Of a DNA stretch of 64,000 nt, positions 55,248 to 64,000 are shown in pieces. The DNA is taken from positions 44,020,001-44,084,000 of the forward strand of contig OX597838.1 of the NCBI GenBank assembly GCA_951406725.2, read 5' to 3'. The DNA is from Octopus vulgaris (Eukaryota). Within the stretch, counting starts at the first letter, position 1; the number at the start of each line of letters is the position of its first letter. The notes under the pieces are model-generated. The model did not search any database. It had not been told where the DNA came from and saw only the letters and a program-made list of their open reading frames with translations. The position numbers and the translations under genes are program-made.

Positions 55248-57299
55248 ATGTCAAGAAATCTTATAGTGGAAAAATATTCTGCTATGTTTTCTGAAGAAAA
55301 CTTTCCCAGTTTGCAAAATACAATCGACAAACGCGCTAACAGTAAAATGGATAATACTCAAACTACCACCACCACGTCATCCACTACCTCAACTACCAAC
55401 AACAACAACAATGACAACAAGAATAACAATAATTGCGACACCGTTTCGATATCTGCTGCCTCGGCTGTCTCTTCTGCCACTGACACCACCACCAACAACA
55501 ACAACAACTCCGTTCAGACCTGTTTTACTTCAACGACAAAAACTGAAGTAAATAAACAAAAAACTGTAAAAACCAAACAAATTGTCAAAAGATGCCCGAC
55601 TACAGGGATAAATTACGAAAATAATTTTCCACCCCTTCCTACTTGCACAATCGAACCAAACACACCAATTTTACAAACTGCAGCCAACAACAACATCACC
55701 ACAAGCAACAACAATAACAAAACAACAACAAATTTCGCTGAGGCGATTAAAGAAAAAAAAACAACAATATATTTTACGGCTCAACAAATACAGGACACGA
55801 ACATTAAAATAACAGAATCAGATGTTATAGTAAAGATAAACATACCAGAAGACATTTTGGAAGATGAAAAAAGACGAACAGTCATTTATAAAATAGTTAA
55901 CAAAAAAACAAAAATCCCAGAGAAGGCCAACACAAGCAAAATAGAGAAGTGCTTGAAACCCATCTGGAATCACAAAGAATATGTGACCTGGTGGAACAAA
56001 TTTGCCCACATACAAGTTGTTTTCTACACTGAAGAGTTAGCTAGACGTTTCTCAACGCTAACTCTTCACTCAGATGAACTCCAACTTACACCAAGCTATC
56101 GGGGACAGAAAGTGACTAAGATCACTCTAAACAATGTCCCCAAAATAGCCAATAATCTATGGCTTGTAAAGGCCTTATGCGTAAAAATGAAGAATTTTAC
56201 TATTTTGGAAACCACAGTCACAGAGCATAAAAACTGGGTGGGAAAAAAAGTAGAATTTCTTCTACATATACATCATGAAGATATAAAAAAAAATACCCAC
56301 CCAGATATGTGTATCAGACGACCACAAGTTATATGTGGTCGTCGATGGCAGAAGACCACGTTGCTACATATGCGGCAGTGAGCAACACCTAAAAAAAAGA
56401 CTGCAAATCTGCCGCAAGAAAACAACAGCAACAACAACAGCAGCCGGAAACAAAAACAAATAAACAAGGTTTACTACCCACACCACTTTTTGAAGGAACA
56501 AACCTCACCAAACAAACAACCACACCAACTGCAGCACCAAGAACAGAAGCAGCATCACCAACAACCAAGAATATACCAACTCCCAAACCAAGGACATCTG
56601 CCAAAAAGACACCCAGCAAAAATGAAGAAACAATTACTACTCCAAATCCCCACAAAATTGAGACCCCAAACAACACAACAATACCTACAATCACTCAAAC
56701 ACAAAATACCCAAACCCCACCTCCAAAACCGCATACACCACAACCAAACGCTCACCAACCAACACCAACAACAAAATCAACACAGTCGACAATAGACCCC
56801 AATATTTTCCCTCTTCCAGGCTCCGATTCGTCTGATTTGTCATTAGACGAAGAAGACACGGAAGATTGGCAAATAGCCACAGGGGGAGAAGAAAAAGGGG
56901 AAAAAAAGAAAAGAAAAAATAACAAACAAAGCGGGAAGATACACCACTCCCGAAACAAAAACATCCACAGAAAACACACACATCAACACAAACACACCAT
57001 CATCAAACCCCCCAACAATGTTGACAGCCATAAACACAAACAACCACGACCTAATGGAACACATTAGGTCAAACACTAACATTACTGAAAACGACATAAA
57101 AACAAGTAACCACCCACACACAACACCACCACAACACATTAAAATAATACACGTGACACAGAACACATACAGCACCCTGAAATCTCTTTACCCTGATGCA
57201 GTAGGGAGATTTCAAAAGTACTCATCGAAAAAACTGTATAAAAGCCTCATAGAAGAAGACCGTGAGGTGAAAGACAAAGAACTTTCGAAAAACAAGTAA
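55248..57299 (+). pseudogene. E5 ORF1, frameshifted
   Basis: MSRNLIVEKYSAMFS start; WWNKFAHIQ and CYICGSEQH as in E1. Confidence 0.85.
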
Positions 57300-57341
57300 C
57301 CTTTTCTCTCTCCTTTTCCTTTTTTGCACTTTTATCGGAAC

Positions 57342-60300
57342 ATGCTCAGAATAGGTAGTATAAATGTACGTGGCTTGGGGTCGCCTTGGAAACAAGGCTA
57401 CCTGTTAAATGACATCAAGTCACTAAATCTGAATATCATAGCCATCAGTGAGACCAGACTCCACAGCTTGCGGGCACTCCAGCACATTTTCGGTACACAT
57501 TTCAACATTTATTTTTCTCCGTGTCTACCGAGAATGGGCGGAGGTGGCACCGCGGTGCTTATCCGGAAGAGTCTGGATCTCAAAGTAAGAGCAAATTTCC
57601 TAGACCCGGAGGGTAGGCTGGTCGTTTTGGATGTCGATGGCAGCAATGAGTGTGCTTTTCGACTGATAGCAGTTTATGCTCCGTCCTTAACAGGCCGACC
57701 AGATTTCTTTCGACGTCTAGAGTCTTTCATGGGAACGTCTCGTCCTTTACTTTTAGTGGGGGATTGGAATGCCACCCTGGACACGCATCTAGACTACGTG
57801 GGCAGAGATAGCAATAGAAGGGGATGCAAATGCCTCAAAGACCTGCTCAGACGTTTCCAACTGTCTGACAGGTACCGACTGGACCACCCGAATGTGCCAA
57901 TGTGGACATGGAGTAACCGCATCGGGTCGTCCAGATCATACTTAGATAGAGTATTCTGTAGGACAATAGATAAAAATAGTGTAGGTTGTCCACAATTTCA
58001 TATAGTCAGTTACACAGATCACAAGTTTGTGACTTGTACACTTGACTTAGATAAAACACATAGGCAGGGTCCTGGTTACTGGAAACTGAACGCGTCTTTT
58101 ACAGCACGACAGGTTTACAGGGACCGGATCAGCATAGAATAGAGGGAGAATTAGTTAAGGATTTAGAAGAGGCACTTAGAACTGGCATCGCGTCCAACGT
58201 GCTGGCGGCGAGATTGGCCCTCGACCATCACCTCAACGCCAAACACGAGGGATGCGTTGTCAGAGCTAGGATGCGTGCTCTGAGGAACGAAGGAGTTGGA
58301 GCCGCCCAAGAGGCCCGAGTGGTGGAGACGCAACGAGGCAACAGAGCCACCATCAAGTCTCTTATAGATGAACAGGGGCGCGAATTGCTCTTGCCTAAAA
58401 GGATGTGTGGGGCTTTTTAACAACACTTCACCCAACTGTTTGGGACAAGTGGTGAGTCAGAAAGCAGAGTGGACTTTAGTGCCTACCTGCATGCCTTGCC
58501 ACGACTCTCAGCAAGGGAGGTGGAGTCTTGTGAAAAGCCTATCACAGCTGCGGACGTACAGGATGCGATGGTAGGCTGCGCGAGAGACAAGTCACCAGGC
58601 TTGGATGGTCTGCCCTACGAACTTTATTTTCATATGCCAGACTTGTTTGGAGGCGTCTTGGCAGCTGTCTACTGCAACTGGCAGCAGAACGGGAGTATTC
58701 CTGCTTTTGTAAAGCGAGGAGCAGTGGCACTGATTAAGAAAGACCCAAACAAGGGGGACGTCATAGATAATTTCAGGCCCATCACTCTGCTCAACGCAGA
58801 TTTGAAAATTTTGGCCAAGGTGTTAGCCGAGAGGTTGGCGCTTGTCATCAAGAAACTAATCGACAAGGCGCAAACATGCGCCGTGCCGGGTAGAAGTATT
58901 CATGACAACCTCCATCTGATGCGCTACATCATAGACAGGGTAGTTAAAAATCCTGGCATGGGTGGGGCGCTGATCAATTTGGATCAATCAAAAGCCTTCG
59001 ATAGGGTAGACCATCACTACTTGGAGGCTGTGCTTAAAGCGGCTGGTTTCGGTCCAGTTTTCCGCGGTTGGATCGCTGCCTTATACAGCGGCATCCGCTC
59101 AGTAGTTCGCGTAAATGGTCATCTATCCAGACCTTTTAACATCATGCGTTCGGTTCGTCAGGGATGCCCCCTCTCATCGCTGCTGTATGTACTGACTCTT
59201 GAGCCACTACTGCGGAAACTGGCGACGCTGAGGGGCATCCCACGAGAGCTGGGATGCGGGAGGAGCGTGTCTGCATACGCGGATGACGTCACCGTCATAG
59301 TGTCGAGCTACGAGCACATCGAGCTGGTCGGCGAGACACTGAAAGAATACGAAGCGGTAACGGGAGCAAAAATTAACCGGGAAATGGGCTTGCGGCTCGG
59401 CACCTGGAGAAGCAAGCCCATGCCGTCCAACAGCGTCTCCATCGTGGGACGCTGGACGGACGGACCGGTTAAATTGCTCGGGGTCTGGTTCGGTTCGGAC
59501 CTCCAAATGGAGAAGAACTGGGGCGAGATAATGACTAGGGTGGCTACTCTCCCCCAGAAATGGGCTGAGAGAAAGCTATCTCTGAAAGGTCGGGCGGAGG
59601 TGGCGAACGCGTACATCGCATCCGTCATCGAGTATCGTCTGACCGTCGTGCCTTGTCCCGACCCTACCATCACCAAACTGGAACGCATACTCTTCCGCTT
59701 CTTGTGGAAGGGAAACGTTCCGATGGTTAGGCGATTCATTTGCTGCCAACACCCGCTAAATGGAGGGCTGGGCATGCCGTGGTTGATGATGCGCAGACAT
59801 GCGCTGAGACTGCGACATCTCCGGCGCTTCATAGACAACGGTGAACAGGTGTGGTCGCCTTTTGTGCGGCGCGCTTTCCCGCAGCTCGTCTCCTTGGACG
59901 AACTACAGTCATGGATCAAGCAGAGACCGAGGCTAGGCGAATGGCACCGCGAGTGTCGCGTTGCTCTTAAGCAACTCTGCCGTCCGGGATCGAACTTGTG
60001 CGACTCCATCACAACAAAGGCATTCTATAGAGGATTAGTGGAGGGGAGGTGCGACGACGAACTCGGGCAGAGTCTGGGCGTCGACGAGGAACACCTGACC
60101 CGCCTGTTCAGGACAACTTTCGGGCCGGGACCTATGAACAATCACCAAAGATCCCTGGCATGGCAGTGCTATCGAGAAGCATTACCTGTTCGGGATAAGC
60201 TCTACAGACACGGTTCCAGACACACTGGACCGACTTGCCCGAGATGCGGTCAGAGCGACGAAACCGTTCTGCACGCACTCGTGCAATGTCCAACCATTTC

Positions 60301-60655
60301 CGACCTGTGGGCTTATGCCGAACGGCTGCTGTCACGTGTGGGACGAATCCGCCTATCGGCCGAGTCTATCGTTTGAATTGCTCCGCCCCCTTCCCTCAAC
60401 CGGGAAGGCAAGGCAGTTTTCATCGTACTGGTGGCCATGGTGAAAGAATGTGTGTGGTGGACTCGAGCGAAAGGATTAGAGACAAACACTTACCTCTCTG
60501 GCCAATCGCTCATCAACTTTTTCAAGTACCACTTGAAAAGGAAGGTGAGAATGGAGAGGGAAGTTTTGTCTCGCGAAAGATTCAAAAAAAGATGGGTGAA
60601 TGTTGCAAAGATGGTGCGTGCTAGTAACGAAACCATTTTGAGCATGATCCTGTAG
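57342..60655 (+). pseudogene. E5 ORF2 (APE-RT-CCHC), with a deletion near 58134 and stops
   Basis: Complete APE motifs to YLDR..TDH; 635-aa open RT segment at 58469-60376. Confidence 0.95.
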
Positions 60656-60959
60656 ATCGTAAAAAAGAAAGAAAGAGAGCATTTTTGATCTCATGTGGTT
60701 ATTTCCTCCCTGACTGGGGTTCCCGTGGTCTTTTCTGTAGGCTTTTCTTCCCACGGATGAACCCAATCTTGTTATATCAATGTTTATATCATTATTTCTG
60801 TGATACACGATTTCCTTTTTTTTCCTTTTTTTTCCTCCTCTCGATCCCTTTTGATCGCAATCTTACATTTTTTAAATTTTTTTCCACCCTCGAAAAGAAA
60901 AGCTCTGCATTTGTATTTGTCCCCTCTGTATTCAGCCCTGTGTGGCTAATAAAAGAAAG

Positions 60960-60960
<1 letters not shown>

Positions 60961-61044
<84 letters not shown>

Positions 61045-61078
61045 CATCCATCCATCAATCTATCTATCTATCTATCTA

Positions 61079-61140
<62 letters not shown>

Positions 61141-61214
61141 CATCAATCTATCTATCTATCTGTCTGTCTATCTATCTATCTATCTATCTACCTATCTATC
61201 TATCTATCTATCTA
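60961..61214 (+). repeat. (TATC)n tract between E5 and E6
   Basis: Direct reading. Confidence 0.97.
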
Positions 61215-62564
61215 AAAGGATGCGTCCCGATGGTCAGGCGATCCATTTGCTGTCAACACCCGTTAAAAGGAGGGCTGGGCATGCCGTGGTTGATGATGCG
61301 CAGACACGCGCTGAGACTGCGACATCTCTGGCTCTATGTAGACGACGGTGAACAGGTGTGGTCGCCGTTTGTGAGGCACGCTTTCCCGCAGCTCGTCTCC
61401 ATGACCGAACTGCAGTCGTGGATCAAAAAGAGGCCGAAGAAGGGCGAATGGCACCGCGAGTGTCGCGTTGCTCTCAAGCAACTCTGCCGTCCTGGGTCGA
61501 CCTTGAGTGACTTCAACACAACCAAAGCATTCTATAGGGGTTTAGTGGAGGGGAGGTACGACGACGAGCTCGGGGCGAACCTGGACGTCGACGAGGAGTA
61601 CCTGACCCGCCTGTTCAGGACGACTTTCGGGCCAGGGCCCATGGACAACTTCCAGAGATCCCTGGCCTGGCAGTGCTACCGAGAAGCGCTACCCGTTCGG
61701 GATAAGCTCTACAGACACGGCTCGAGAAACACGGGGCCGACCTGCCCGAGATGCGGTCAGAGCGACGAAACCGTTCTGCACGCACTCGTGCAGTGTCCAA
61801 CAATTTCCGACCTGTGGGCTTGTGTCGAACAACTGCTGTCACGTGTGGGACGAGTCGGTTTATCAGCTGAGTCTATCGTTAATATTGTCACGCCTCCCTC
61901 CTTCAAACGGGAAGGAAGAGCTATTTTCATCATCCTTGTGGCTATGGCGAAAGAATGTATCTGGTGGACGCGTCTGAAAGGATTGGAGACAAACACTTTC
62001 CTCTCTGGTCAATCTCTCATCAACTTCTTCAAGTACCACTTGAAAAGATGGGTGAATGTAGCAAGAATGGCACGTATGAATGACGAAGCCACCTTGAGCA
62101 TGATCCTATGAACCCAGAAATTGAAAACAGAGAGTTGCTTATTTGCAAAAAAAAAAAAAAAAAAAAAAAAAAGAAATATAACGGTGCTCCAGCATGGCCG
62201 CAGTCAATGACTGAAACAAGTAAAAGAGTAAAAAGAGAGAGTATGTGACTCCATTGACCGAGATTACCGTGGTCTTTTCCGTAGGCTTTTCTTTCCACGG
62301 GTAAACCTCACCTGTCCTCCCCTTTACACTTCATATTGACATTTCTGTGATAACGATCCCTATTGATCAATTTTCTTTTTTTTTCTTCCTCTCCCCCCTT
62401 TTTTTTAACCCCCCTTTTTTTGTGTCCTCTTTCTCTCCTTTTACGATCCCTTTTGATCGAAACTCCCCCTTCCTTTTTTTTTTTTTTTTAAACCTTCAAA
62501 AGAAAAGCTCTACCTTGTAATTTGTTCTATCTGTGTGCAGCCCTGTGTGGCTAATAAAGAAACA
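61215..62564 (+). mobile_element. 5'-truncated Tx1-clade element E6 (subfamily gamma); partial ORF2 61215-62111
   Basis: Nearly identical to E3 from [10 protein letters not shown] onward; 17-codon in-frame deletion; same 3' end followed by TATC. Confidence 0.93.
62182..62242 (+). mobile_element. Short SINE/LINE 3' tail inserted in the E6 3'UTR
   Basis: CGGTGCTCCAGCATGGCCGCAGTCAATGACTGAAACAAGTAAAAGAGT.. is absent from the equivalent position in E3 (about 30430). Confidence 0.88.
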
Positions 62565-62730
<166 letters not shown>

Positions 62731-62965
62731 ACCTAACTATCCCCCTTGTTTATGCGTAAGTTTGCTTTATGATCTACATATATTTACCTAGCTATATTTA
62801 TCTGGGGCTTATACAGATACACCCATCTTTGTCATATATAGAAACGTCTAACTAATTATATGTAGATACGTAGACTGCTATGTATAATAACATCCGTATA
62901 TCTACTTTATATGTGCACACATACGTACATATATATCTATATATATATACATACATACATACATG

Positions 62966-63016
<51 letters not shown>

Positions 63017-64000
63017 GTATGTGTGTGTGTAAATATATATGTATACACGTGTTTGCATATACAAGTATTCATAAGTTTATTTATTGATCATTGTAGATAT
63101 AAATCATAAATGTACGTGCATACATTTGCTGTATTTGGTATACACATGTATAAGACAATGCTCAAACATAGCTTTAACTGGAATGGCTAAAGCAAACGAA
63201 AGTACAATCATAATGTATAGCCACACTTGGATATTTATGCAAGTCATAGATATATGCATACACTTGTATGTATGTGTTTGAGTGTGTGTATATGCATGCA
63301 TGTATGAATATATGTATGTACCTACGTATATAAGTATGTATGTACGTATGTATGTATAATTTTTCTTTGTGTTTTATTAAAGTTCTTGAGAGTATTCAAG
63401 CCGGTTGCTAACAAAGCAAGAAGGCTATTAGAAGTAAGAGAGTTCTCGGCGTTTCTAATCATGTGCTTGAGTTGGCCTATTGGCTGAACTGTCGACGCAA
63501 GTGTGCGCATATATTCACATAAATATCGCAAATTTTCGGAATGTCTTTCACATCTTCACCATGCCATTAATAGATTGGATATGTAGAATCCGCGTAAGTT
63601 TCTGTTGCATTTTTTCCATAGATTCGAGTATTTCTAGGTTTTTGTGCAAATTTCTTGTACGTATTTATGTAGGTATGTCATTGTTCAGTCTTATTTCAAG
63701 ATTTCTTGCCAATAGAGAAAGAGACGGTTTCTAACCTAGATCCCAAGCCCCTTCATTGGAATTTCTTCATCAGCAACAGGGTATTTTTGTTTGTTTGTAT
63801 GTATGTATACGTGCAGATATGTTTGTTTCGTTTCATGTATGTATTGTCATGCATATAGTTACATATTTGGAAATGATCATATATATTTAAATGATAAACT
63901 TCTGGGAAGTTTTACAGTTTTATGTATGTATGTATGTATGCATGTATATATGTATGTATCGATGCATCTATGTCTATGTAAGTGTATGTATATAGGTATG

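Larger units (their letters stand above)
54830..60960 (+). mobile_element. Full-length Tx1-clade element E5 (5' module B, body alpha)
   Basis: 5'UTR matches E2; ORF1 body, ORF2 and 3'UTR match E1; flanked by TATC. Confidence 0.93.

Noticed and set aside
63720-63785. Minus-strand CTGATGA...GAAAC hammerhead-like words
   Set aside because: Stem I and stem II do not form convincingly

Overview
AT-rich, microsatellite-dense eukaryotic DNA with no host gene I can support. The SINE and microsatellite repertoire resembles octopus/cephalopod genomes (inference). The window is dominated by two head-to-tail arrays (15906-30744 and 48399-62564) of L1/Tx1-clade non-LTR retrotransposons: ORF1 with a CCHC knuckle, and ORF2 with an APE endonuclease, reverse transcriptase and CCHC finger. 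All six copies, from three subfamilies, are on the + strand, lie inside (TATC)n microsatellites and lack a poly(A) tail. This points to a (TATC)n/(GATA)n target-specific retrotransposon system. The four full-length copies show all four combinations of two 5' modules (5'UTR plus ORF1 N-terminus) and two bodies (rest of ORF1 plus ORF2), joined at an (ACC)n tract. They also carry covarying RNA hairpins in both UTRs. The remainder is decayed mariner, pogo-like, Helitron and Penelope elements, tRNA-derived SINEs, two Penelope-type minimal hammerhead motifs, a 165-bp tandem repeat and simple repeats. All alignments were done by eye and boundaries are approximate to a few bases.
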